A DNA stretch of 64,000 nt from positions 75,580,001 through 75,644,000 of the forward strand of contig NC_058368.1 of the NCBI RefSeq assembly GCF_018350175.1, in the 5' to 3' direction. Of this stretch, positions 51,199 through 63,885 are shown piece after piece. The translations under genes and the position numbers were made by a program. This DNA is from Felis catus (lineage: Eukaryota). Each line of letters starts with the position of its first letter. Within the stretch, counting starts at the first letter, position 1. The notes under the pieces were generated by a model. That model had not been told where the DNA came from. It saw only the letters and a list, made by a program, of their open reading frames with translations, and did no database searches.

Positions 51199-51230
51199 GG
51201 ATCGCATTGTATTTATACCTAAATAATTTA

Positions 51231-51450
51231 TTTTTTTAATTTTTTTTCAATGTTTATTTATTTTTGGGACAGAGAGAGACAGAGCATGAACGGGGGAGGG
51301 GCAGAGAGAGAGGGAGACACAGAATCGGAAACAGGCTCCAGGCTCTGAGCCGTCAGCCCAGAGCCGGACGCGGGGCTCGAACCCACAGACCGCGAGATCG
51401 TGACCTGGCTGAAGTCGGACGCTTAACCGACTGCGCCACCCAGGCACCCC
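51231..51450 (-). mobile_element. Young felid SINE (SINEC_Fc-like)
   Basis: Perfect TSD tatacctaaataattta at 51214-51230 and 51451-51467. Confidence 0.97.
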
Positions 51451-51729
51451 TATACCTAAATAATTTAAACAGAGTGATATACTGTGTGTATTCTATTCCC
51501 AAGGATAAAATCAGAGGAAATAAGATATTGATGACTTATGCTTTACCAGAATATATTTTTGATTATTTGCATCATAAGATGACTAGACATTAATGTGACT
51601 TTAAAAAAATAAGCATCCTTTTACTTTTATTCTCAGTGCAGTATGAGGGATTTACTGGGGCCCAAGTCCTTTATTGTTCCTAAATATCTGTGTTTAGAAA
51701 ACTTTGTTGGCAGAGACATTTACCATATC

Positions 51730-52470
51730 ACGGTAAGTACACGTGACAAAACGGGAAAGGCTGGTAAAAACGCATCACTATCGGCCTGTGTAAGCACGTA
51801 GGAGAGACAGTGCAAGACGATGACAAATACACAGCAAATTCAATAAATGGGCTGTTTATTTTAAATACTTCACTTATTACCATAAAGTAAATTAAGAAAC
51901 ATGGAAATAACCTAACTCTTCGAACACCGTAGTTACCTTAACGTGTTGTCTCAGTATCGCTTTCAAATAAAGATGTTTGAAATGGTATCTGCAATCTACA
52001 TTTTTGATCCGCCTGAGTCACTGCTGGCCTCAGCAGAACATTAATGCAAATCTAATGTACCTGCTGGTATGATTAGCTGAATCAAATGATGGCATTTAAG
52101 TAACACCTAAATAATCTTAATTAGGATCTTCGACTCAGCTTACCACTTAGAACTCTACAGATGGATAGTCTTAATTATCAGCCTTTTGATTAGGATAACA
52201 GCCCTAATCAAGATGATGTGGGCCTGATAGACAGGGGATCAGTAAATTAATGGCTGCTGTTATGTGGGAGCGCACGCGGAAAAATAGAGCAGCTTTCTAT
52301 GAGAGACAGGATGACGTCTATGCAGAGGAATTAATGTCGCTGGGGAAAAAAAATCAGAGTAAAGAATTAGGGATTGGGATTAATATTAGTACATCCAAAT
52401 ATAGCTGAGTCCTTATTGTCAACTGATTACATAAGTTTAGTGTTTACATAAAATTGACTTCATGCGGGTT
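51730..52470. promoter_or_regulatory. Candidate conserved non-coding element/enhancer
   Basis: No recognisable repeat. Dense TAAT/ATTA cores, octamer ATGCAAAT at 52044, an inverted homeodomain-type pair at 52186-52211 and CRE-like TGACGT near 52312. Inference only. Confidence 0.45.
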
Positions 52471-52764
52471 GTTTTACGAATGTTCCTAAATTCTGTATTG
52501 GTAACTTGGTAGAACTTAATAGATCTGATATGTGTGCATCAAAACTATTGGGAATGCCTTTCTTATGATAGAAATTGTGAGACGATAAAGCGAGAGACAG
52601 GAAGATGTAAACTATTTTTGGTTGCTCAATTTCTCCAGAAATAATCTCTATCCTGAATTTTAACTTTCCAAATTACCACCTGCCTGGTTAGGTCATCATA
52701 AAGCAATATGAAGAAGTGTTTTCTTGTATTTGGAGATGACCTCTTTGATTCCAAAGCTGTCTCT

Positions 52765-52972
52765 CTTGTTTTGTTGTTGTTGTTGTTCATTTAGTTACTT
52801 ATTTAGAGAGAGTGCACAGGAGCAGGGGAGAGGCAGAGACAGAGGGAGAGAGAAAATCCCAAGCACACTCTGAACTGTCAGAGTTCGATCTCAATGTGAG
52901 GCTCCTGAGATCATCACCTGAGCTGAAATCGAGAGTCAGAGGCTTAACCTACTGAGCCACCCAGGCACACCT
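52765..52972 (-). mobile_element. Can-SINE (older)
   Basis: Reverse-strand body ending gagccacccaggcac. Confidence 0.92.
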
Positions 52973-53123
52973 TTCCTAAGCTTTCTCAGTATTTAATAAA
53001 GAAGAAAAGGAAACACTGTATTTACATTCTTTTTGTTGGACTGTGAATTGATGTAGAATCCAGGGCCTTCGCTCATTTTCATTTTGCACTTTACCCTCCT
53101 CGGTCTTAAAAATGAAGGCTATT

Positions 53124-53318
53124 GGGGCACCCAGGTGGCTCAGTCGGTTAAGCTTCTGACTTTGGCTCAGGTCATGATCTTATGGTTCATGAGTTCAAGC
53201 ATCACATGAGGTTCTATGCTGTTCACACAAAGCCCGTTCTGTATCCTCTGACCCCCCCTCTTCTCTCTGTCCCTCCCCCGCTCGCTCTCTCTCAAAAATA
53301 CGTAAACTTTTTGAAAAA
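53124..53318 (+). mobile_element. Can-SINE
   Basis: Approximate TSD atgaaggctatt/atgaagactatt. Confidence 0.93.
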
Positions 53319-54299
53319 ATATGAAGACTATTGTGCCATTTGAGCTTTTACCAGAAACTTCCCTCAAGGCTATGGCCCTGGTCCTCAATGTCTAGGGTGC
53401 AGTCTAGGCTTCTCCTCAAGGCGTCCTCCCCTCTGCCTCTTCCACCTTCCTTTTAAGGACACACCTGGCATCTTCTTCTTCCACTGGTTCCTGACGCCAT
53501 CTTCTCAGTCCAGCAGGAATCCAGAATTCATATCAGTGAAGTTTCGGGGAACTCCTTGCCTCTCATTGACATTTAAGTTTCGTTTCAGAATTTACTAGTT
53601 GGAACCACAAAGGATTGGTAAGTGTAGCAACGGGAATGAAATATAGTATCCATGCCTACATAGAGCAGGAGACGCTCCTTTGGGTGTGGGTTGGTGAGAA
53701 CAGCATGAACCTATTCTTGCCCTAGAGGAAGAAAAATGCAACACACTGATCCCCGTTTGCCATTTGATACACTGAACACCCCCCACCGTGGTGAGGCAAT
53801 TCTGAATTCACAGCCTGTCTGCTTCCTGTATCAGGTGGTGCGTGTTCAATGTTTCGTACCTACATGCCTTATCCTTTGAATAATCCTGATGACGATGGTG
53901 ATGGTGATGCCCAGTGATTATGGGCACCTGCCCTCCTTGCACACCAACACATGCAGTGAGAGACTTCCCTACACCAAGCCACAAACACCTCACCTGCCAA
54001 TGTGTTCACTAATTTATCCCAACCCTTGAGAAAGGAGAGCTGTGGAAACATGCCCTTGAACTCTCAGGTTCCTGACCCTCTGGGGTCTCCTACTTCATAG
54101 ATTTGGTAGCCGCCACGTCTTGTATCTCATCTGCTGGTTTCTCTTCCTTTAGGAATAGCTGCTGTTCCTAAATGTTTTTTTTTTAAATTAGTCCCCCCCC
54201 CAATTCTGCCCTGGTCATTTTCCCACAAGGAACCCCTGCTTTATCAATTTCCTCCACTCCTAATGGTCAACGTTTACGTCTCTACCCATTAGTATCTTC

Positions 54300-54670
54300 A
54301 CTCCTTATTCCCTCCATTCTTCTCACCCCATATGCTCAAATGCCTTGCAGGTGCCCCCACCGGGGTACAGTCTCACAGCTTGAACAGCAGCTTGCCCGGA
54401 TCTGAAGGCACCGTCTTCCTCCTCACCATGATGTCGGTGCCCTCCAAGCTCGGAATCTTGCTCTTTCCTCCTTCCCTGCCATCTGCAGTGGGTCACCAAG
54501 GTCTCCTGACCGCGCCTCCTAAATGTTTCTTGCGTCTGTCTCTCTTTTCTTATTCTCATTGCCGATGGCGCGTGTTCAACCTTCTTCGTCTCCTTCAACT
54601 CTAGCCACCCGCCACCTTCTCTTCCCTGACCCCAGCTCCGTTCGGCACGCAACATCCACTCTTACAAGTT
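54300..54670 (+). mobile_element. L2 remnant
   Basis: Pyrimidine-rich 'cccatatgctcaaatgcc...gtctcacagcttgaac...aagctcggaatcttgctctttcctcc'. Confidence 0.5.
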
Positions 54671-54999
54671 GAAATCGCCATCCTTAAAGAGCAGGAGAGA
54701 AGCTCTCACAGCTGCAGCATGGACACAACAAACACAACTTTGACCAAGTCTATTCTGGCACCATCCAGAAACACAAGTCCTTTGCCATCCTTCTGGCCGC
54801 TGAGAAAACTTCCTGCCCAGGTCCTCTCTCCCCCATCTCTCTGGCTCCTCCTCCCTTGTCTCACTTATTCTACCCAAGTTCACTTCCCAACTCACACCTA
54901 GGCTGGCTCCCACCTGCAATGCTCAACACTGCTTATGACTCGCTCTCTGAACTCTACCCCAGTTTCTGAAGTGCCTCCACACTTTTAGGTGTATTTCTT

Positions 55000-55198
55000 T
55001 CTTTATTTTTAATGTTTATTTATTTATTTTGAGAGATGGAGAGATGAGATGAACAGGGCAGAGAGAGAGAATCCCAAGCAGGCTCCAAGCTGTCAGCACA
55101 GAGCCTCTGGAGAGGCTCAGTCCCACACACCATGAGATCATGACCTGAGCTGAAATCAAGAATCAGACGCTTAACCGACTGAGCCACCCAGGCACCCC
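55000..55198 (-). mobile_element. Can-SINE (older)
   Basis: Approximate TSD gtgtatttctt/gtgcatttctt. Confidence 0.94.
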
Positions 55199-55344
55199 AA
55201 GTGCATTTCTTACCATCCACTTCAGCTCTTGGGTTGTATTTGGTATACCTAATTTCATTTCCAGGATTTTCTCATTTTTACCTACCTATTTTCTCTCCTT
55301 CAACTTACAACAGGAACACTTCCTGACTGTCTGCTGACCTAATT

Positions 55345-55480
55345 CTTTTTTTAAAAAATAAAATTTTAAATTTTAGAATGGTTTCAGATTGATGGAAAAG
55401 TTACAAAAATAGTAGATGGTTCCCATATCCCTCACAACCTGTTTTGCCCATTATTAACATCTGCATTAGTATGCATCATA
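55345..55480 (-). mobile_element. Old L1M 3'-terminal fragment
   Basis: ttttagaatggtttcagattgatggaaaagttacaaaaatagtag...cccattattaacatc. Confidence 0.7.
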
Positions 55481-58470
55481 GAGGTCCCCAAAAGAGCAGA
55501 AAACTTATTTTGCTGATTCAGTTCTGATTGTACTTTAATTGTTATGTCATTGAAGAAGTTCTATCTCACTGTGATCTACATGCTAAGAGATTAAGTCCTG
55601 ATTTCAGTTACTGACATGCTCTTTCACCATTTGGCTTCATTTTCTACTCATAGATTGTCCAAAAATAAAATAGAAGAAAACAATAAAACGTTTATGTTAA
55701 ACATGGGTCTTAGGAATAAAAGGAAATGTATTATTGTAAACATAAGGCAAGATTATTATACAATTACCATCAGCAGAGGATAAATTTCAACCTTTAGTGG
55801 CTATAGCAGTCATTCTACACTTGGATTTGCTTGCCATTACTCACTATGATCCGTAACCCATCATACATTCAGTCAATAAAGTGAAATTGGAGGCTAATGT
55901 TTTACTTTGTTGGGAGGGGTGGAATACACGGATGTATAATTACTATTTCAGCCCCTCCAACATATTCATTACTTAAGTCATTTTTTTTTTTAAGTTTCTG
56001 CACTCCTTGTGACCATCTGGTCACCCCTGGATCAGTCCTGCCAAGGAAATGATACAAATGCAAAAAGAAGGGGAAGGTGAGCCTCGCAACATCTATTGGC
56101 TGCAGAGGAAAAGTGGACAGCTGCCCACAGTGACTAGCTATCATGTTTGATTTCATAAAGGAAGTAGCAACAGCAGTTAGCTAACAAAATTTAGCAAAAT
56201 TTACTGTTTCTCAAACTATGCCCCGGAGGAAACTATTGTTTTCTGAAGAAAGAAAATAGAGGAAACAGCGTCCCACGTTCATTTCACGTTACGGAATTCA
56301 AGTTTAATTTAATTTACATTTTAATTTCATTACATTTATTTTAAATACATTTTAGTCATTCGTGTATTCTGAAAGGTTATACACGAGCCACAAGAGCTAC
56401 GACTGATCAGTTCCTCTTGGTCAATACTCAGCTAAGGGGATAGCTTGTGTGGGAGAGTTCTTCAAATATAATTTAGGTGCCACCTAGTTTTCTTAAATCT
56501 GCAGGATTTTTTTATTACTTGTTACGTCTAACAAAATGGGCATATCCTTTACAAGTTGTGAATTAAAACAGAAAATACTGATAAAAATCATAGTTTCCGA
56601 ATACCCTTCACTATAAGATAAAAGTACATGAAAAGCTAACTCCAGTGCTCGTGAAGAATGTGAGTCTTAAGGGCGTGACATGAGCTCCGTAGCTGAGCGT
56701 GATGGTTCTATGTCAACATCTGGAAAGTCAAACCACGGGTAGAAAGTGTGACATGTACAGATGTGGAAACTGGATGCTGTCGGTCCAAGGATCCCCAGTA
56801 CAATGGCTGTTACAAAATTTCGTCAAATAGAGACAAGAATCCACTGGAGCATTTATTTTCCTAAAAACGAATAAATCACTTCAATTCTCCAAGAATAAGT
56901 TTAAAAATAGCATTTTGGTTAGGAAGTTGATTTTATAGATCAAGGTACAGGAGACAACAGAACTACAAAGGCATCATGGAGAGTCGCCCTCCTAACAGAT
57001 AGAACAGGCACAAGTCACAAGATTTCTGAGAAGATATTGATAAATACATCCCGTTGGAAAACAGAAAAGAAAAAAAGCTTGTAGCAAATTCTTCAATCAC
57101 ACTTAGACATAACATGAAATTAATTATAGGCGACATGAGAAATGAACTGCTATGCTCTTTGATGTTAGCATACGTGGTATTTTACGGTCAAATAAAACTT
57201 AATTTATTAAAAATGTTCATCAAGTCCTGATATATGCAGAACATTTTAAGGAGGAAGTTCCCAACAACTTTTTGCACTAAACTTTCTTGCAGAAAACGCT
57301 GTTTCATTTATTTCATTATAATCTTTATGTGAGTTATGATTTAGCCCATTGCCTGACCCCACGACGAAGGGTCTTTTTTACAAGCGGTAACATCTTCTGC
57401 ATTGCTCTGACACCAATATTTTCTTGACCTTAAAATACACTTCAGGTGTTTTTATTTCATTATTTTTGAATTATTTATTTCAGTGCTGATACCATGTATG
57501 TACCCCTAAAAGGCAACTGATGTCCAAATTTTAAGAAACTCCAACAAATTCTCTACTTTAGCTTTTAGAGCTGACGTTTCTTCACATCAGTTTGTCTTGA
57601 AATCGGGTATAGTTTTCTGTTTACATAGAAAAGCATGATAGAATGTCACCGAGGCATTCAAAATGTCATATGTCAAGGATGTGTGCCTCTTTCTGATGTG
57701 TTTGCTTGGAGTCTATGCAGGCTCTGAGAACTGCTGTATAATTGACACTGGTCTTAATTGTTAATTGGATCATATCAAAATTCTCGTCGTAAATCTTTCA
57801 CAATTTCCCATTCGCTAATTAATTCAACTTGAACTCAATCTGGCATTCATAATAAAGTCCTCAAGACTCTGCTCACACTTTTCTTTTAAGCCTTCTCTGC
57901 CATTACTTCCTCTGAGTGGAGACTCCAATCTAGGTTTTCTTTTGATTTTAAGACCATTTCTGTCATTTTCCACTGCCTCAGCCTTTTCCATCTTTCTTCT
58001 CAATTGCCATGTTTACACTCAGAGTTTAGGCCCCACATTAAATGTTTTCTCCTTATCAACAAAAATATCATCTTCTTTGCTTTTAAATCCCAATAGCAGT
58101 TATTTGTATTTCCTTTCAATTGCTGATTACCCTGTGCTGGGTACATCCCAAATGGCCATTCATCTTAGAGAAAAGGGACCATGTTATATTTATCTGCCTC
58201 TTTATCCCAACCAAAGCATTAAGCCTAGTATCTTGGTTATGGCAAGGGCTCCATATATATGTAGTAAAAAATAATGAATAAACACTGCAGTGTAAATGTA
58301 GACAATGCTCCTAATTTTTTTGATAAAGCAGTCTGGTAAGATAATTCTCATAAGAGCTCTAAATGCCAATTCCAATACCGAGACTTAATGTCCTTCCAAA
58401 ACCATTTTTTGACTTGAGGAGAAAAAAAATTAAATTAGTCAACAAGTGGTGTTAAAAAGATAGAAATCCA

Positions 58471-58708
58471 GGGGCGCCTGGGTGGCTCAGTCAGTTAAGC
58501 GTCCGACTTCGGCTCAGGTCACGATCTCGCGGTCCGTGAGTTCAAGCCCCGCGTCGGGCTCTGTGCTTACAGCTCAGAGCCTGGAGCCTGTTTCGGATTC
58601 TGTGTCTCCCTCTCTCTGACCCTCCCCCATTCATGCTCTGTCTCTCTCTGTCTCAAAAATAAATAAACGTTGAAAAAAAATTTTTTTAATAAATAAAATA
58701 AAAAAAAT
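58471..58708 (+). mobile_element. Felid SINE
   Basis: TSD aaaaagatagaaatc at 58454-58468 and 58709-58723. Confidence 0.97.
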
Positions 58709-58729
58709 AAAAAGATAGAAATCTGGAAA

Positions 58730-59520
58730 ATATAATAATTTTCTTATGTCACATTGTACATCAGAACAATCCCAAATTGGTGAAGGATTGAATGAATAAA
58801 TGCATAATAAAAATATTAGGAGGCACAGAAAAATTTTAATATACCTCACATTTTTAACAATATAAAATACACATATAGTTTCTACCAAAAACATCACAAC
58901 AAAGGTTAAAAAACCAAAACATTCTTAAAGGTAATATATAAAATAAATATGACAAACTATGGTATCTCTTATATGAAAAAGTTATTACAAAGCAATTGTT
59001 TACAAAAGGTGACTAGCCAATATAAAAGTGCACACAAGATATGAATAAGGTTACCCCTAAGGGAAAAAAAAATTAAAGTCCCATAAAAGATAGTCAACCT
59101 TACTAATAATTAAAGAACTACAGAAAGCAAAAATTTTCTAACTAAAAGTCGACTTGCATCTCAAATTAGCGAAGATTTAGATATCCCCAGAAAATGCAGT
59201 ATTAGTAACATTTGAAGAAATAAGCTTGAAGCCTTCCAAAGTTGAAAGAAAAAAATCGTGCACTACTCAGGAGGATAGCAACTGGTCGAAGATTTGGAGA
59301 GCGCCTTGGCCACATAAATCAAAATATAATTGAGCCAATCAATGACCAACTCTATTTCCAAGAATGTATCCAACCAAAATATCGGTACAAGTATGAAAAG
59401 ATCCATGTCTTAGGATATTCCTTTAGCGGTGTTCAAAATATTTGGAAATTGTAAACAGCCTAGATATCCACTGATACAGAACTGGTTAAAGAATGGCATC
59501 CCCCAACAGTGGCAATTAAA
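58730..59520 (+). mobile_element. Very old L1ME-like ORF2 3' remnant
   Basis: A-rich. 'aaaagatagtcaaccttactaataattaaagaa' and 'ttggaaattgtaaacagcctagatatcca'. Confidence 0.6.
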
Positions 59521-59534
59521 AATGAGTTCAGGTC

Positions 59535-59770
59535 GGGCCGCCTGGGTGTCTCAGTCGGTTAAGCGTCCGATTTCGGCTCAGGTCGTGATCTTACGGTTCA
59601 TGGGTTCAAGCCCCGCGTCGGGCTCTGGGCTGACAGCTCAGAGCCTGGAGCCTGCTTTGGTTTCTGTGTCTCCCTCTCTCTCTGCCCCTATCCCGCTCAT
59701 GTTCTGTCTCTTTCTGTAGCCCAGAAATAAATACACGCTAAAAAAAAAATTTTAAAAACTAAATAAATAC
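59535..59770 (+). mobile_element. Felid SINE
   Basis: TSD aaatgagttcag. Confidence 0.95.
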
Positions 59771-59959
59771 AAATGAGTTCAGTTTGTCAAAGGTGAAGGA
59801 GATTTTCTTAAAGAATAAGGGCAAACTTAGTGGAACCCAAAATAGGTTACCCAAAACTTCAGACAGCAGATATGTATGAGACTGAAGGGGAATTAGAAGC
59901 AGCAAACTTTACTGGATATTTACAAAGTGCCCAATCCTTTATTCTAACTCCACTTTTAT

Positions 59960-60090
59960 TTTTTTATTTCATCTCCACAGTCAGGTCTAAAAAGGTAAAT
60001 TGTCCGGGAGTCACAACACCAAGCATCAGGACCAGATTTTAAATTCAGGATATCTGATCCCAAAGCTCATGTTCTCTGCATCACACCTGA
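59960..60090 (-). mobile_element. MIR fragment
   Basis: aggtaaattgtcc..agtcaca...ggaccagattttaaattcagg..tctgatcccaaagctcatgttct. Confidence 0.65.
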
Positions 60091-60393
60091 ATTCTGCATT
60101 CTGTGCCAGAACTCAGTTTTGTCTTTGAGGTGCTTTTTTTTCTCTGTGTGACCTATGTGTTTTATAGGTGAAGTTGATTACACTACCAGAAAGATAATTA
60201 TGCTAACCTCTATGGAACTGGCTTCCTTTGAATACTCCTTTTCCTTACGATTTCAGAGTCCATCTATAGGAAACGTAAAAATGTCTACTAAAATGTAACT
60301 AAGATCGATGAACTGGTATTTTATTATAAGCAAACACACAGCATATACACTGGAATATAAGTTCACACCACTGCTATTAAAAATGTCTATGCA

Positions 60394-60625
60394 GGGGAGC
60401 CTGGGTGGCTCAGTCGGTTAAGCATCCGACTTCGGCTCAGGTCATGATCTCGTGGTCCGCGAGTTCTAGCCCCGCGTCAGGCTCTGTGCTGACAGCTCAG
60501 AGCCTGGAGCCTGTTTCAGATTCTGTGTCTCCCTCTCTCTCTGACCCTCCCCTGTTCATGCTGTCTCTCCCTGTCTCAAAAATAAAATAAACATTAAAAA
60601 AATTAAAAAAAATAAAAATAAAAAT
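60394..60625 (+). mobile_element. Felid SINE
   Basis: TSD aaaaatgtctatg. Confidence 0.96.
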
Positions 60626-61525
60626 AAAAATGTCTATGTATGCCTGCATCACACTATTCAAATAATTTCCCATTCTTTTTTCAACTCAGTTACGTCTTTT
60701 CTGAAAATAGCCACTTAGCATAGCTCTTAAAGATCTCTTCATCCATTTGAACATTTTGAGTGGTGTTTCTTCACCCTTCCAAAAGCAGTTGTTCAAGAAC
60801 AAGTTACATATATACTATGTATCCTCCAACATGCTTTCCTTCTTTGGGACAGGATACATTAGTCACTGCATTTGCAAGAGGCCTGAAGACCATAAGTTAG
60901 TTATGGAATTAATAGCATGTCAATGGACGAATTCTGTTTTCTACTGGCATCACTCGTCTTCAGGCATTGTAAGAATGCACAAGCATACATCTAAAATTCC
61001 TCATCATTCCAGTGAAAAGCACAGTCACACAATTCTTTTTGGCTCGTGAAATATTACAAAATGCCATGATGCCTTTCATATAAAACCTTCCAAGACAAGG
61101 TCATAAAAAGCACATATAAAATCTGTTGGCTCAGGGGAAGCAAAATGCTTGGCAAAAGGTCCCCAACTGGTAGCATCCTGTATAGAAATTATTATTTTGT
61201 TTTTCAGCTTACTTTCTGTAAATATATTTATGATCCTTTGTTCTATTTGTGTCTAATGATGCCTAAGTACGGTTGACACCAAAAATAAAATCCAGGTCAT
61301 GAACTTCAGAATATAATGGGTCATTATTCCAGTAGCAAAAATAAGGGGAAAAAAGTCACATTGCCAAAATCTAAGAAGACCCCACCTTTGTACAACAAAG
61401 AAGATGTGAGAATAAGATATGGAAAAGCTGCAACCCAACCACACTCGGCCGTCACTTCCTGGACAGTTATAGCACCCCTGTAACCCACCAGGTGCCAGCC
61501 ACTGTGCTAAGATCTGGGGGAGTGC

Positions 61526-61630
61526 AAGAGAGAAAAAGGAGGGGAAAGAGGAGGGGAGGAAGAAAAGGAAGGGGAGAGGGAGGAGGAGGAGGCGAAGGAA
61601 GAGGAGGGGAAGGAGGAGGAAATGGAAAAA
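61526..61630. repeat. GA-rich polypurine low-complexity tract
   Basis: About 100 bp almost purely A/G. Confidence 0.9.
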
Positions 61631-63394
61631 TTGATCTTCTCAACCCAGGATTAGAACTTGGAAAATAAAATCAACGTTGTTCTCCCTCCTTCCACAAACC
61701 ACCCTACTACGACAGACATGGTTAAAAAACAGACATGAGTGTCTTGGTGAAAGAAAAATGGGAGTCTCAAATCCATGGCCCGTGTGTGTCCATTTTCCTG
61801 TTGCTTCCCAGCTGTGTTTCGGAGGGTAATTTGGGACCCCTGGGGCCTCCCAGGAACTTTGCAAGGCATCTGGAGACGCGGACTCTTTTCTAACAAAGCT
61901 AAGACAGTATTCGCCCTTGTCGCAGTGTGAATACGTTACCAGAGGGAGAGTCTGTGTTGTGTGAATGGAGGTCCTGGTCCTTGGATTCTCCAGGAGAAGA
62001 TGTGCATCTTAAGGATCAGTGCTTGGATAAAGACAGCCAGCAGGAAAGTAGCAAGGGCTACAAAAGTAGCCGTTCGTTAAAGGGAAAGTACTTTCAAAGT
62101 GGGAGAGTCAGCAGGTTCCCAGAGGAAGAACCAGCCCCTAGTCATTTGGGGATCGGATATTATTGGGTCTCTCTGGGCTGGGAGGTCTGGGATGGACAAT
62201 GGGTGGTCTCTAATAGAGGCTGCTTCCAAACATTAGCAAACTCCTCCCTCAGGTTGGAAAGAGGAGTTTTTGACCCTACAAGATTGGTACCAACTTTCAT
62301 GGGCAGCCTTTCCCCAAGGCCAGGGCCGTACCCACAATGCAAATGCATTATAATGAGTCTAGGGGTGACCCTGGGGCAGAGAAGATCGTATGCTCTGCAC
62401 CTGTGGCTCTGTGGTCTTGGAAACCACGAGGTCAGGATGTTGAGTCCTCAGGCTTTTAACCTGTAGCTGATTTAACCCCATCCTTGACTCCAGCTCACGT
62501 CTCTACCATCCCCCCTCTAGGACTTGGGACTCTGCCCCTGGGTGTTCCTTCCACTGCTCAGGTGTAGCTTTTACCTAACACATGTTGAGAGGTGGCACCT
62601 TGTGGGTGTGGGGAGAGCGGCACCAAGCACCCTGAAACCCAGCGAAGCAGCTCCAGTTCCTGGGGTGCCTGACCTTGAGCTTCTGTCGCTGGGGAATTGA
62701 GGCATCTGCAAGCCCAGCCCTGTCCCAGTGGGGCTCCGTGGCGGAAAACCTCAGGTGGCTGCTGGGTTGTGGGCCGGCCTTCCGTTTTCTCTTTTGGAAC
62801 ACCACTATCACGTGAAAGAGCCGTGCACACAGAACTAAGGTTATTTATGTTCGGGTTTTGGCAGACTTCCTAAAAAAGCGAATGACGGAAACCTATCACT
62901 TCCAGGTAAAGGACCAGCAGTGGGTGCGGGGCAGGCCCTGTCCACTAGGCGAGGAGCCACCCCACCTGGTCCCCAGGCTACCCCACCTCGTCCCCACCGC
63001 TCCCTTTGCTGCTGCTGAACTGGGCCAAGAGGAAGTCAAGTGCTGAAATGCTGAGAAGGGCCTCTGAGGACCGGAGGCAATGTGCTTTGTGCTAAAAACT
63101 GAGGAGGTGACCGAAGGAAGCCAATGGATTGTAAATGCAAACGTACCTTCCAATCAGAATAGTTGGAAAACAACTTCTGTAATCTATAGCCACTCCCCCA
63201 TTTTGCCTCTGAAGACCCCTCACCATGTCCAACAGGTCATTTTTGGGGTTTCTGCTTGAATCTGTGCTCTCCAAATTTCCGTTCTAGACCCCAGAACAAA
63301 CATGTCGCTTGCATTTCAATGTCTCATCGTTCCTTGGTCAACGTGAGAACAGTAGGGAATCATTTGAACTGTGTGAAGGTGCTGTCGTCAACAT

Positions 63395-63700
63395 AAGCTT
63401 TACAGCTTCCCAATATTTAAAGGCTTTTCTGATGAGAAAGGATATGCTTTCGTTTGATATTAAACAGCAAATTGTGTCCACGTTTGGAAAATCTGCAAAA
63501 GTCAGTGAACCAGTATTTCCCAAGGACCAAGGCCTCACGGTGTAGAATCACTGTGGGTAAGAGATTTATTCAATGTGCAAGATAGAACGGTGTCTTTTCA
63601 TGTAAAGGAATTTAAAAGGTTATTAATATGGTTTCAGACTCCATGTTGCAACAATATACTTTTTTAATTCCATTTGTTAAGCTTTGGTGTGCTATCCAAA

Positions 63701-63737
<37 letters not shown>

Positions 63738-63815
63738 GAAAAAGAAAAAGAATATCCACAATTACCTGAAAAGATTTTCCAACTAAATATCTCTATGAAA
63801 TTGAGTTTTTTCCTG
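63395..63815 (+). mobile_element. Charlie1-like hAT transposase fossil with an (A)n/(GAAAA)n insertion at 63698-63750
   Basis: acagcttcccaata.ttaaag.cttttctgatgaga...tcagtgaaccagtattt...gtgcaagataga...atatggtttcaga...gaatatccacaatta. Confidence 0.85.
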
Positions 63816-63823
63816 TATATATA

Positions 63824-63853
63824 TATTTTTAATTTTTTTAATCTTTATTTCTT

Positions 63854-63885
<32 letters not shown>

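Noticed and set aside
2570..60590. Recurrent ORFs such as MAQSVK..TSAQVMIS..SLEP and MGQRETEHERGRG
   Set aside because: They are translations of Can-SINE copies, not a protein family.
61927..63274. 179-aa ORF (longest in the track) and neighbouring ORFs in a GC-richer stretch
   Set aside because: GTG start, no recognisable domain and no exon pattern. Higher GC explains the longer open frames.
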